29,823 nt of DNA from a virus. Lineage: Duplodnaviria > Caudoviricetes. Each line of letters starts with the position of its first letter. Position 1 is the first letter of the stretch. Where the stretch lies: IMG/VR virus record IMGVR_UViG_3300031644_001201, positions 1 to 29,823 of that record. One strand, given 5' to 3'. The notes under the pieces are model-generated. The model made no database searches. It worked only from the letters and a program-made list of their open reading frames with translations, and was not told the origin of the DNA. Below, one piece after another: positions 7,317 through 15,653 of the stretch. The position numbers and the translations under genes were made by a program.

Positions 7317-8285
7317 ATGATCAACGTCACCCACCTGCCGGTCGATGTCGAAGAAGTCCGGATGTGGCTCGTCGGCTATCGCAATATGGCCGATCCGCCC
7401 ATCCCCTGGAGCCAGCTGGCCAAGGAAACCGAGATCCCGGCAGGCACGCTCCAGCCCTTTTCGGCGGGAACCTATCAGGGCAACAACGAGAAGATCGCGC
7501 GCAAGCTGTTCATGTTCCGCCAGTCGGTGGAGCAGCAGGCAGTGCGGCAAAAGACGCTGCCGACCAATCCCGGCTTCTTCCGGACCGATACCTCGCAGCG
7601 CCTGCAGATGCTGCTGGAAGTGGCGCACATGGGGCGCATCACGGTGGGCGCGACCGGCCCCGGCACCGGCAAGACGATGACCGTGCGCGAATATGCTGAG
7701 CGCGCGCAGCCGGTGTGGATCGCCACCATGAAGCCGAGCTGCGCCAAGCTCAACGCCATGATCATGGAGGTGCACCGCGCGCTGGGGCTTGAGCCGCGCA
7801 AGCTCACTTCGGCAGAAGCCTCGCGCATCGTGCTCGAACGGGTGCGCCAGCGGCGCGGCCTGCTGGTGATCGACGAGGCGAATTATCTCACCATCGAAAG
7901 CATCGAGGAGATCCGCAGCTGGCACGATGATACCGGCGTTGGCATCTGCCTGCTGGGCAACGAGGAACTGCTCGCCCGGATCGAGACCGGGCGGCACCGC
8001 GATCAGTTCGCCCGCCTCAATCGCCGGATCGCGATGCGGCACACCCAGCGCGTGCCGCTGCCGGGCGATGTGCGCGCGTTTTGCGATGCCTGGGGGATCA
8101 CCCAGCCCGATATCCGCCACTTCCTTGATACCATCGCACGCACGCCCGATTCAGGGGGCTTGGGCGAATGCCAGCAGCTGATCGAAAGCGGATCGATGCT
8201 GGCCGCCGCCGATGATCGCGGCCTGTCGCTGGCCGATCTGCGCGAGGCGCAGATGTATCGCGCGACGAAGTGGATCAAGGCATGA
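7317..8285 (+). CDS. Mu-like transposition protein B (AAA+ ATPase)
   Basis: Walker A GPGTGKT, Walker B LLVIDEA, GICLLGN; RBS AGGAGG; directly after MuA. Confidence 0.95.
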   Translation: MINVTHLPVDVEEVRMWLVGYRNMADPPIPWSQLAKETEIPAGTLQPFSAGTYQGNNEKIARKLFMFRQSVEQQAVRQKTLPTNPGFFRTDTSQRLQMLLEVAHMGRITVGATGPGTGKTMTVREYAERAQPVWIATMKPSCAKLNAMIMEVHRALGLEPRKLTSAEASRIVLERVRQRRGLLVIDEANYLTIESIEEIRSWHDDTGVGICLLGNEELLARIETGRHRDQFARLNRRIAMRHTQRVPLPGDVRAFCDAWGITQPDIRHFLDTIARTPDSGGLGECQQLIESGSMLAAADDRGLSLADLREAQMYRATKWIKA

Positions 8286-8476
8286 GCGCGCCGGGGTCCG
8301 TCCGCACCGCCGATCAGATGACAGCGTCTGAGCTGGTCGATCTGGCGTGGGATTACGCCGAGGATGACGCGTTCTTCAGCGCTGCCCGCTGCTTGCGCGC
8401 TGCGGCTGACAAGCTGGAGGCGCGTGGGCGCGTCTTGAGCCGCCAGCTTGGTGTTCCTCCGGAGCTGCGGCCATGA
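8282..8476 (+). CDS. Hypothetical protein
   Basis: ATGA-coupled at both ends. Confidence 0.6.
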   Translation: MSAPGSVRTADQMTASELVDLAWDYAEDDAFFSAARCLRAAADKLEARGRVLSRQLGVPPELRP

Positions 8477-8604
8477 TCCCGCGCTTCAGCATCGCGCGCT
8501 GGGATGGCCAGGGCGACGGCCTGTTCTTCTACGCCGGTTGGTCGCTCGCCATCGAATGGCTTGGCCTGATCTTCGAGATCAACGCCGGGAGGGCCGAGCC
8601 ATGA
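8473..8604 (+). CDS. Small hypothetical protein (43 aa; not in ORF track)
   Basis: ATGA-coupled both ends, RBS GGAG; MIPRFSIARWDGQGDGLFFYAGWSLAIEWLGLIFEINAGRAEP. Confidence 0.6.
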   Translation: MIPRFSIARWDGQGDGLFFYAGWSLAIEWLGLIFEINAGRAEP

Positions 8605-8750
8605 TCGCCCGCATCCGCACCATCGTGCGCGAATTCGATGGCGAGTTCGGCCCCGGTGCCGCCGCCGCCGAAACGCGCTGGCTCATCTTCATCGTCCCTG
8701 CCGCGCCGCTGCTGCTGCTCGGCCTTGCCATCCTTTTGGGAGAACGCTGA
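8601..8750 (+). CDS. Small membrane protein (49 aa)
   Basis: RBS GGAGG; hydrophobic WLIFIVPAAPLLLLGLAILLG. Confidence 0.6.
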   Translation: MIARIRTIVREFDGEFGPGAAAAETRWLIFIVPAAPLLLLGLAILLGER

Positions 8751-9448
8751 TGGCTAATGTTGCTGCCAGGCGGGCCGCGCCCGCCACCTTCGCGCCCGAT
8801 CCGCGCCGCCGCGCGATGATCGCCAAGCTCCATGTCGCGCGCAAACAGATCGCGCTGGCCGAGGATGATTATCGCCAGATCCTGTTCGAGGAGACGGGCA
8901 AAACCAGCGCCGCCGATTGCGATGCGCGCGGCCTTGAGAAAGTGATCAAACGGCTGGAGGCCAAGGGCTTCAAGCCGCTGCCCAAGAAAGGCGTGCCGGG
9001 CGCGGCGCAGCACCCGATGGCGCGCAAGGCGCGGGCGCTGTGGATCAGCCTTTATCACCTTGGCGCGGTGCGCAATTCGTCCGACCGCGCGCTTGAGGCC
9101 TTCGCCCAACGCCAGCTCGGCTGCGAACGGCTGGTCTGGGCCAAACAGTCCGAAGCCTACCGCCTGATCGAGGCGCTGAAGGCGATGGCCGAGCGCAACG
9201 GCTGGCCGCAGGTGGATGCCAAGGGCAACAACCTTGCCCCGCGCCAGCTGGCCGAAGGGCTGTGCGAGGCGATTGTGAGCGCGCTCAAGGCGCGCGGTGA
9301 AGTGCCCGCCGACTGGACGCTCGACATCACCGCCTATCGCCTCGCCGGGATCGAGACCGGGGCGCAGGGGCAGATGGGCATCGAAGATTATCACCGCCTC
9401 GCCGCCGTGATGGGCGAAAAGCTGCGCGCAGCGGGAGGTGTGGAATGA
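8750..9448 (+). CDS. gemA: GemA / Mu gp16-like regulatory protein
   Basis: IAKLHVARKQIAL.EDDYR..L...TGKTS; KARALWISL; RLIEALKAM typical of the family. Confidence 0.88.
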   Translation: MANVAARRAAPATFAPDPRRRAMIAKLHVARKQIALAEDDYRQILFEETGKTSAADCDARGLEKVIKRLEAKGFKPLPKKGVPGAAQHPMARKARALWISLYHLGAVRNSSDRALEAFAQRQLGCERLVWAKQSEAYRLIEALKAMAERNGWPQVDAKGNNLAPRQLAEGLCEAIVSALKARGEVPADWTLDITAYRLAGIETGAQGQMGIEDYHRLAAVMGEKLRAAGGVE

Positions 9449-9801
9449 GCGAACCGACCTACAGCCCCTGCCCGGTCTGCGGGCAATACTCTCACAGCAT
9501 TGCGGGCGGTCTGCTGGAAGAAGCGCACCTGCATTTTGAGACCATGATCTCCCATCGCGGAGACGGGTTGCCGACGCAGCACGTCCACAACAGCGAGACG
9601 CGCGACATGGCCCAGCGGTTGCTTGCGGAACTCGCCGCCGCATTGCAGCGGGAGGCGAAGCTGCGCGAGGCGTTGGCCGACCTCCTTTCGTGGTTTCCGG
9701 AAAAGGCTCCGGCCCCCGAGTATCGCATAGAAGCGGGAGACCGGGGTGCGACCGATGCTGTTGAAGCGGGGCGTGCAGCACTACAGGAGACACAGCCGTG
9801 A
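9445..9801 (+). CDS. Hypothetical protein
   Basis: ATGA-coupled, RBS GGAGG; CPVC near N-terminus. Confidence 0.6.
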   Translation: MSEPTYSPCPVCGQYSHSIAGGLLEEAHLHFETMISHRGDGLPTQHVHNSETRDMAQRLLAELAAALQREAKLREALADLLSWFPEKAPAPEYRIEAGDRGATDAVEAGRAALQETQP

Positions 9802-9968
9802 ACGCGACCGCCATCCTCCGGCGCGTCGCGCCGCTGCTTTACTGGCCGGGCGAGGTAAACCGCTGCCCGCAGTGCAACAGCAAGGCCTGGCACGTCGGCC
9901 GCACCACTGCCGAATGCGCCCATTGCGGCCATCCGCTGCCCTTGGCGCAGGATACCGAAACCCGGTGA
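9798..9968 (+). CDS. Small zinc-ribbon protein (56 aa; not in ORF track)
   Basis: GTG start, RBS AGGAG; CPQC...CAHC. Confidence 0.7.
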   Translation: MNATAILRRVAPLLYWPGEVNRCPQCNSKAWHVGRTTAECAHCGHPLPLAQDTETR

Positions 9969-10141
9969 GCGACAAGCCTGCCTTTGATCGCATCTGGTTT
10001 TGGCGCGCGACGCTGCCCGAACGCAAAGGGCAGCGTTGCCGCATCCTTGGGCGCGGCACGATGAACGCATGCCGGATCGAATTCGAGGATGGCACCCGCC
10101 ACATCGTCTCGCGCTTTGCGATCAGGAAGATCGCACCTTGA
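9965..10141 (+). CDS. Small beta-rich hypothetical protein (58 aa)
   Basis: GTGA-coupled; ERKGQRCRILGRGTMNACRIEFEDG. Confidence 0.65.
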   Translation: MSDKPAFDRIWFWRATLPERKGQRCRILGRGTMNACRIEFEDGTRHIVSRFAIRKIAP

Positions 10142-10545
10142 CCATCCCGGCCGATCCTCTTCCCCAGGTGCTGGCCGATATCGCCATGATCGCGGGCGAG
10201 GAAGCGGCGCGCCGGGTGGCGGGCGCGGTGGGCGGGACGCAGGTCTATATCCCGCCGCATCCCGGCCCCGATCACTGGCTGGCCAAGCTCGTCGGGCTTG
10301 AGGCGGCGCGCCGGATCGCCGATCATTTCACTGCCGGTGTTGGCCCGGCACGCATCGAAATCCCGCTCGGCGATGCCGGTTTCATCGCCGCCCAGCAGGC
10401 GCGTTGCGATGCCATGCTGCTGGCCGGACGCAGCGAGCGTGACATCGCGCTTGCGCTCGGTTACACGATCCGCACAGTGCGCCGCCGCCGCGCCCGGATC
10501 AAATCGCTCGCCGATAATCGCCAGCGCGATCTGTTCCTGGGCTGA
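10138..10545 (+). CDS. Mor/C-family transcription activator
   Basis: LPQVLADIA..AGEEAA......GGTQVYIP and C-terminal HTH SERDIALALGYTIRTVRR; last early gene before lysis; TTG start overlapping upstream stop (start uncertain). Confidence 0.82.
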   Translation: MTIPADPLPQVLADIAMIAGEEAARRVAGAVGGTQVYIPPHPGPDHWLAKLVGLEAARRIADHFTAGVGPARIEIPLGDAGFIAAQQARCDAMLLAGRSERDIALALGYTIRTVRRRRARIKSLADNRQRDLFLG

Positions 10546-10568
10546 CAGCCGGACAAGTGTCCGGGGCG
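10546..10568 (+). promoter_or_regulatory. Candidate late-activator site CAGCCGGACA-AG-TGTCCGGGGCG
   Basis: Palindrome CCGGACA-N2-TGTCCGG; 21/23 identical to 18849-18871. Confidence 0.7.
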
Positions 10569-10601
10569 CGGTGCCCGCCAAATTCCACCATCCAGCGGTC
10601 T

Positions 10602-11195
10602 ATGACGACCGCACTTCTCTCCGAACGCATCCTGCTTGAAGTCGCCGAGCATGAAGGCCTCGTGCTCGAAGCTTACAAGTGCAGCGCTGGCGTGCTGACC
10701 TGGGGCTTTGGCGTCACCAACGCCAGCGGCCACACCGTTGATCGATACGACACAACCCGGGGCGGCCAGCGTTCCACCATCGAGCGCGCGGTGGAAATCT
10801 TCGAATGGCTGCTGCGCACCCGATACCTGCCGCAGGTGCAGGCCGCTTTCCGGGGCCGCGAGCTGACCGAGGCGCAGCTGGCTGCGGCGCTCAGCTTCCA
10901 CTGGAACACCGGCGCCATCCAGCAGGCGAGCTGGGTGCAGTCCTTCGTGCTGGGCCGCCGCGAGCGTGCCTGGGCGGAGTTCATGAACTGGTCGCGCCCG
11001 CGCGAGATCATCGATCGCCGCAAGGTCGAACGTGCGCTGTTCTTCGACGGGCGCTGGTCGCAGGATGGCGTGGTGCTGATCTATGATCGGGTCAACCCGC
11101 GCGAACCGCGCAATCCCGTCTGGTCGAGCGCGCGCGAGATCGACATCCGCGACGAGGTGCGCGCGGCGCTCACCAAGGCCGGGAGGGCGGCGTAA
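10602..11195 (+). CDS. Endolysin (GH24-like lysozyme)
   Basis: HEGLVLEAYKCSAGVLTWGFG, AALSFHWNTG, RRKVERALF. Confidence 0.9.
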   Translation: MTTALLSERILLEVAEHEGLVLEAYKCSAGVLTWGFGVTNASGHTVDRYDTTRGGQRSTIERAVEIFEWLLRTRYLPQVQAAFRGRELTEAQLAAALSFHWNTGAIQQASWVQSFVLGRRERAWAEFMNWSRPREIIDRRKVERALFFDGRWSQDGVVLIYDRVNPREPRNPVWSSAREIDIRDEVRAALTKAGRAA

Positions 11196-11848
11196 TGTGG
11201 CTATGGCTAAAGCTGCTGGCTTCAGGCGCGTTTGAGGGGCTGCTGAAAGGCCTCTCAGCGGCGGCTAAGTGGCTGCTGGTCGAATGGTGGCGCGCGCCGT
11301 TGATCCTGTTCGGGCTTGGCTTTGCTGTCATGGCCTTCATCCGCGTGCCCGCACTGGAGCGCGAAATCGCCGCCATCACCGCCGAGCGAGATGCCGAAGC
11401 TGCCGCCCACGAAGGCACCGTTGCCGCCTTTCTCGATGCCACCCGGCAGGCCGAGGCCAAAGCCCGCGCCAATGCGCTGCGCGTCCAGCGCGAACAGGAG
11501 ATCATCACCGATGCGACCGTTCAATATCTTGAAGCCGACCTTGCTGCTGTGCGCGCTCGCTTTGACCGCTTGCGGGCCGCATCGGCCCGAGCCGCTGCCG
11601 GCAGCGCCCCGGCAGTTGATCTGCCCGGCACCAGCGACGCCGCCGGCCGAATTGATCAGGCGGCCCCGGATCACCACCTTCGCACCGCCGGAGCGCTGAG
11701 CCCGCAGCCTGCCTGCCCGATCGGGCTGGTGTGCCTCACCATCGATGAGGCGGAGGCCGCCAGCGAGGACGCGCACCGTTTCAACCGGCTGATCGACTGG
11801 GTGATCGGCCAGAGCGCGGTCCGCTTCAACCCCGAGCCCCGGCCATGA
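11195..11848 (+). CDS. Rz-like inner-membrane spanin
   Basis: N-terminal TM, Ala-rich coiled coil, follows endolysin, contains embedded lipoprotein ORF. Confidence 0.75.
   Translation: MWLWLKLLASGAFEGLLKGLSAAAKWLLVEWWRAPLILFGLGFAVMAFIRVPALEREIAAITAERDAEAAAHEGTVAAFLDATRQAEAKARANALRVQREQEIITDATVQYLEADLAAVRARFDRLRAASARAAAGSAPAVDLPGTSDAAGRIDQAAPDHHLRTAGALSPQPACPIGLVCLTIDEAEAASEDAHRFNRLIDWVIGQSAVRFNPEPRP
11511..11699 (+). CDS. Rz1-like outer-membrane lipoprotein spanin (embedded, +1 frame)
   Basis: RBS AGGAG 11496-11500; signal MRPFNILKPTLLLCALA + lipobox LTAC; Pro-rich mature part. Confidence 0.8.
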   Translation: MRPFNILKPTLLLCALALTACGPHRPEPLPAAPRQLICPAPATPPAELIRRPRITTFAPPER

Positions 11849-12081
11849 GCATGTCGATGGATCTGGGGGAGCGCGGGCTCGAACGCGCCGAGACGTTCGA
11901 ACGGCTTTCGAACGAGGCGGCCGTCGCGCGCATCCGCAACAATCTGGCAGGGCTGGGCGAAGAATTCTGCATCACCTGCGGCGAACGGATCGATGCCGAA
12001 CGCCGCGCCGCGCTGCCATCGGCCAAGCGCTGCATCGATTGCCAGGGCAAGGCCGAACGGCAGAAGGCATCGCAGCGATGA
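11845..12081 (+). CDS. TraR/DksA-family C4 zinc-finger protein
   Basis: FCITCGERIDAERRAALPSAKRCIDCQ. Confidence 0.9.
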   Translation: MSMSMDLGERGLERAETFERLSNEAAVARIRNNLAGLGEEFCITCGERIDAERRAALPSAKRCIDCQGKAERQKASQR

Positions 12082-12521
12082 TGGATCACCTCAGCGCGCC
12101 GCTCAGCTTCGGCAAATTCCTGCAATTCTGGCTGCCGACGCTGGCCGTGGCCGTGGTGGTGCCCGATGTGCAGACGCCGCTGGGCGACCGGTTCCTGATC
12201 GATCTGGCGGGCCTGCCGGTGCCGATCGTCACCTGCATCCTTGGCGCGATCGGGATCATCGCCGCGCGCCCCTTCACCGTCCGGGCTGAGGCTGATCTCG
12301 GCTGGAAGCTGCGGCTGCTTGTCAGCTTCATCATGCTGATCGTGGTGCAGCTGTGGATCATCGAAAGCCGCCCCGGCTGGCTGTTCGCCTTTGTCGTCGC
12401 CATCGGCCTCGGCTTTTCCGGCTTCTCCCTGCTCGAACTGTTCGGCGAGCAGGTGAAGGAATTTCTGCGCCGCGCCTTTGCCGGGGCGGCTTCCACAATC
12501 AAAGGACCAGATGGCCCATGA
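12078..12521 (+). CDS. Multi-pass membrane protein, putative holin
   Basis: About four hydrophobic segments, basic C-terminus, next to lysis genes. Confidence 0.6.
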   Translation: MMDHLSAPLSFGKFLQFWLPTLAVAVVVPDVQTPLGDRFLIDLAGLPVPIVTCILGAIGIIAARPFTVRAEADLGWKLRLLVSFIMLIVVQLWIIESRPGWLFAFVVAIGLGFSGFSLLELFGEQVKEFLRRAFAGAASTIKGPDGP

Positions 12522-12946
12522 GCCCCGGAAATCTCCTCGAGCTGGCGATCATCGCCTTCATCATCATCAGCATCAGCGTGGTGGCATGGCGCGGCGGGGC
12601 GAAGAACCCTGTCAGCACCGGCAGCGTCGACAAGAAGCTGGATGAGATCAAGAGCTCGATCGACAGCGAGCTGAGCGGCGTGAAGGCCAAGGTCGGCGTG
12701 ATCGAGCAGCGGCTCGACAAGTTCGAGGAAGCGGTCGCCAGCGTGGCCGATATCAGGCGGCTGGAAAAGGCGGTGGAGCGGCTGGCCAAGGTGCAGGCCG
12801 ATCACGAATCGCGCCAGCGCGCCCTTTCGGACAAGCAGAGCGAACACGCCGCAATCTCGGCCAAAACCGCCGCCGCCGTCGATCACATCGACCGCAACGT
12901 CAATCTGATGATGTCGGTCGTCGTGCCCAAGGGGATGGAGAAGTGA
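12518..12946 (+). CDS. Membrane-anchored coiled-coil protein (Mu gp25-like position)
   Basis: N-terminal TM then heptad repeats; precedes gp26/gp27-like genes. Confidence 0.7.
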   Translation: MSPGNLLELAIIAFIIISISVVAWRGGAKNPVSTGSVDKKLDEIKSSIDSELSGVKAKVGVIEQRLDKFEEAVASVADIRRLEKAVERLAKVQADHESRQRALSDKQSEHAAISAKTAAAVDHIDRNVNLMMSVVVPKGMEK

Positions 12947-13251
12947 GTTTCGCGGCCAACCTTGCCGAGGGCATCGCGCGCGAGGCGCGGCTGTCGATTC
13001 TCAAGGCGCTGAGCCAGCAGGTCGATGGGCGGCTTTCCGACCTCATGCTCAAGAACATGCTCGACATCTACGGCTATCGCCGGGATCGCGACTGGATCCG
13101 CACCCAGATGCGCAAGCTTGCCGATCTGGGCGCGGTGAGCGTGGCTGATAGCGGCGAAGTGCTGTTCGCCCGGATCGAGGCGGCAGGCCGTGATCATCTG
13201 GAAGAGCGCAGCGTGATCGAAGGCGTGATGCGCCCGGGCGAGGCGCGCTGA
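12943..13251 (+). CDS. Mu gp26-like winged-helix protein
   Basis: RLSILKAL...G....RD.IR..M..L...G......G.D....R....GV.RP pattern; synteny. Confidence 0.78.
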   Translation: MSFAANLAEGIAREARLSILKALSQQVDGRLSDLMLKNMLDIYGYRRDRDWIRTQMRKLADLGAVSVADSGEVLFARIEAAGRDHLEERSVIEGVMRPGEAR

Positions 13252-13252
13252 C

Positions 13253-13849
13253 ATGGCGGCGCGCAAGCCCAAGCGGCGCGAGGGGCGCGGGCATCTGTCG
13301 TCGATCGACATGCTGCCCGATGAGGCCGAGGAGGATATCGTCTGGGCGCTGGAGCAATTGCGCGAACGCAGCCTGCCCCAGAACACCATCCTGATGGAAT
13401 TCAACGAGCGGCTGGCGGATAAGGGGATCGAGCCCATCAGCAAGAGCGCCTGGGGCCGCTATGCCGTGAGGAAGGCGATCCAGTTCCGCAAGCTGGATGA
13501 AGTCCAGCGGATCGGCGGCGAGCTGGTGCGCACGATGGATGCCAAGGAACCCGATCAGGTCACCGTGGCGGTGGCCGAGCTGATCAAGGTGGCGGTGTTC
13601 GAAGTGCTCGAAGGCGGCGAGGTGACGACCAAGGGCATCATGGAGCTGAGCCGGGCGCTGCAATCGGCAGTCGGCGCGCAGAAGGCCAGCGCCGAATATC
13701 GCGAGCGGCTGGAGAAGGAAGTCGCCGCCAAGCTGGCGAAGGCAGCCGACAAGGTCGGTGTTATGGCGCGCGATGCTGGTCTCAGCGCCGAGACGGTCGC
13801 GAAGCTGCGGCGTGAGTTCCTCGGGGTGCGTGAGAGCAAGCCCGAATGA
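13253..13849 (+). CDS. Mu gp27-like protein (DUF3486), putative terminase small subunit
   Basis: SSIDMLP, ISKSAWGRY, C-terminal AGLSAETV...R..FLG; upstream of TerL. Confidence 0.85.
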   Translation: MAARKPKRREGRGHLSSIDMLPDEAEEDIVWALEQLRERSLPQNTILMEFNERLADKGIEPISKSAWGRYAVRKAIQFRKLDEVQRIGGELVRTMDAKEPDQVTVAVAELIKVAVFEVLEGGEVTTKGIMELSRALQSAVGAQKASAEYRERLEKEVAAKLAKAADKVGVMARDAGLSAETVAKLRREFLGVRESKPE

Positions 13850-15492
13850 TCCCCGGCCCCACCAATCTTATCGAGCCTGATGAGCTCCCGACTGCCGATA
13901 AGGCACCGCCGCGTTCGCCAATCGATATGCTGATGCCTGGGATGCTGCCGCCTGAGGATTTCGATCCGCTGGCCGAAGGCATTCTGATGTTGCACCAGAA
14001 GGAGTGGATCGAGGACACCTCACCGCTCAAGCTCGGTGTGAAGGGACGGCGAACGGGCATTACCTTTGCCGAAGCTCTCGACAGCACGTTGATCGGCGCC
14101 GCGTCCAAAAAGGCCGGGGGGGATAACACCTATTACGTCGGCGACACGAAGGACAAGGGGCTGGAGTTCGTCGCGGTCTGCGCCCGCTTCGCCAAAACGG
14201 TGGCGAGTGAGGTGTTGGAGGTTGGCGAGTTCCTGTTCGAGGACAAGCAGGAAGACGGTAGCAGCAAGTTCATCACCGCTTATCGCATCCGGTTCGCCTC
14301 CGGCTTTTCGATCGTCGGTCTTTCAAGCAGCCCTGCAAACATTCGCGGCCTCCAAGGCCGGGTGGTGATCGACGAGGCGGCGTTCCACCGCAATGTCGCC
14401 GCCGTGATCGATGCCTGCAATGCCCTGCTGATCTGGGGTGGCGTGATCAGGATCATCTCGACGCATAATGGCGCGCTCAACGCGTTCAACGAGCTGATCA
14501 AGGAAACCGAAGCGGGGCAATACGATTACTCGATCCACCGCGTCACCTTCGATGATGCGGTCGCTAATGGGCTCTACGAGCGGGTCTGCCTGATGCGCGG
14601 AGAAACGCCCACGCTCGAAGGTAAGGCCGAATGGTATCGCCGCATCCGCCGCTCCTACGGGTCTCGTGTCGAGGCCATGCGCGAAGAGCTCGATGCCATC
14701 GCCCGCGAGGGCGAAGGTGTGCTGCTTCCGCTGGCGTGGATCGAGGCTTGCAGCACCGCCGAATACAAGGTCGCCCGCTGGAAGCCGCCCTATGAGGGGT
14801 TTGTGCACGCGCCCGAACACATCCGGCGCGGAGAGATGCAGCAGTGGCTCGACGCTAATGTTCGCCCGGTGCTGGAGCAATATGGCGAGGCTGGCCACAC
14901 CTGGTATCTCGGCGGCGATTTCGCCATGCGGCAGGATCGCAGTTCCTATCCCATTGGCTTTGTCGGTCAGGATCTGAAACGGCACGTCCCGCTGATCTTG
15001 GAAATGGCGCAATGCCCCTATGACCAGCAAAAGCAGGCGCTGTTCTGGATGGTCGATCTGGTCCAGTCGATGGGTGCGTTTGGCAATGGCGTCCTTGATG
15101 CCAACGGCAACGGGATGGTGCTGGCGCAGGAATCGGCGCAGCGCTACGGCTCAAACCGGATCGTCGAGCTGATGCCGTCTGCCGAGCACGCCCGAAAAAC
15201 CGGCCCACTCTTCCGCGCTGCGTTCGAAGACACGATGATCCTTATCCCGGCCGATCTCGATACCCGCAACGATCTTCGCCAGCTCCAGATGATCGGCGGC
15301 ATTGCAAAGATGCCAAGCCATGTGCGCAACGAAGGCACCGATGGCGGCAAGCGTCACGGCGATAACGCTGTGGCCCTGTGGAATTTCCACGCTGCCACCA
15401 AGATGGGCGATGGCCAGCGCTGGCGTCCGCTGATTGCTCCCGACACCGGCGGCAATGTCCTCGACCTCGATGCAAACTGGATCCCGGCATGA
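13846..15492 (+). CDS. terL: Terminase large subunit (Mu gp28-type)
   Basis: HQKEW, KGRRTGITFAEA, RGLQG.VVIDEAAF, IISTHNG, GGDF, DANGNG, HGD. Confidence 0.93.
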   Translation: MIPGPTNLIEPDELPTADKAPPRSPIDMLMPGMLPPEDFDPLAEGILMLHQKEWIEDTSPLKLGVKGRRTGITFAEALDSTLIGAASKKAGGDNTYYVGDTKDKGLEFVAVCARFAKTVASEVLEVGEFLFEDKQEDGSSKFITAYRIRFASGFSIVGLSSSPANIRGLQGRVVIDEAAFHRNVAAVIDACNALLIWGGVIRIISTHNGALNAFNELIKETEAGQYDYSIHRVTFDDAVANGLYERVCLMRGETPTLEGKAEWYRRIRRSYGSRVEAMREELDAIAREGEGVLLPLAWIEACSTAEYKVARWKPPYEGFVHAPEHIRRGEMQQWLDANVRPVLEQYGEAGHTWYLGGDFAMRQDRSSYPIGFVGQDLKRHVPLILEMAQCPYDQQKQALFWMVDLVQSMGAFGNGVLDANGNGMVLAQESAQRYGSNRIVELMPSAEHARKTGPLFRAAFEDTMILIPADLDTRNDLRQLQMIGGIAKMPSHVRNEGTDGGKRHGDNAVALWNFHAATKMGDGQRWRPLIAPDTGGNVLDLDANWIPA

Positions 15493-15653
15493 AGACTGGC
15501 ACGCATAATCTGGGCAGCAATGCCTTTTCGCACCGCACGCTGGTGCGCCTGTCGGATGGCTCGATGGTGATCCGGCAGATGTGCCACGGCAAGACTTCCG
15601 AGGTCACCTTGTCTGGCGATCAGATCGTGCTGTTCAAGGAGCTGCTGGCATGA
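15489..15653 (+). CDS. Small hypothetical protein (54 aa)
   Basis: ATGA-coupled to terL and portal. Confidence 0.55.
   Translation: MKTGTHNLGSNAFSHRTLVRLSDGSMVIRQMCHGKTSEVTLSGDQIVLFKELLA

Noticed and set aside
8579-9814. 411-aa minus-strand ORF
   Set aside because: Overlaps gemA and coupled neighbours; no recognisable domain
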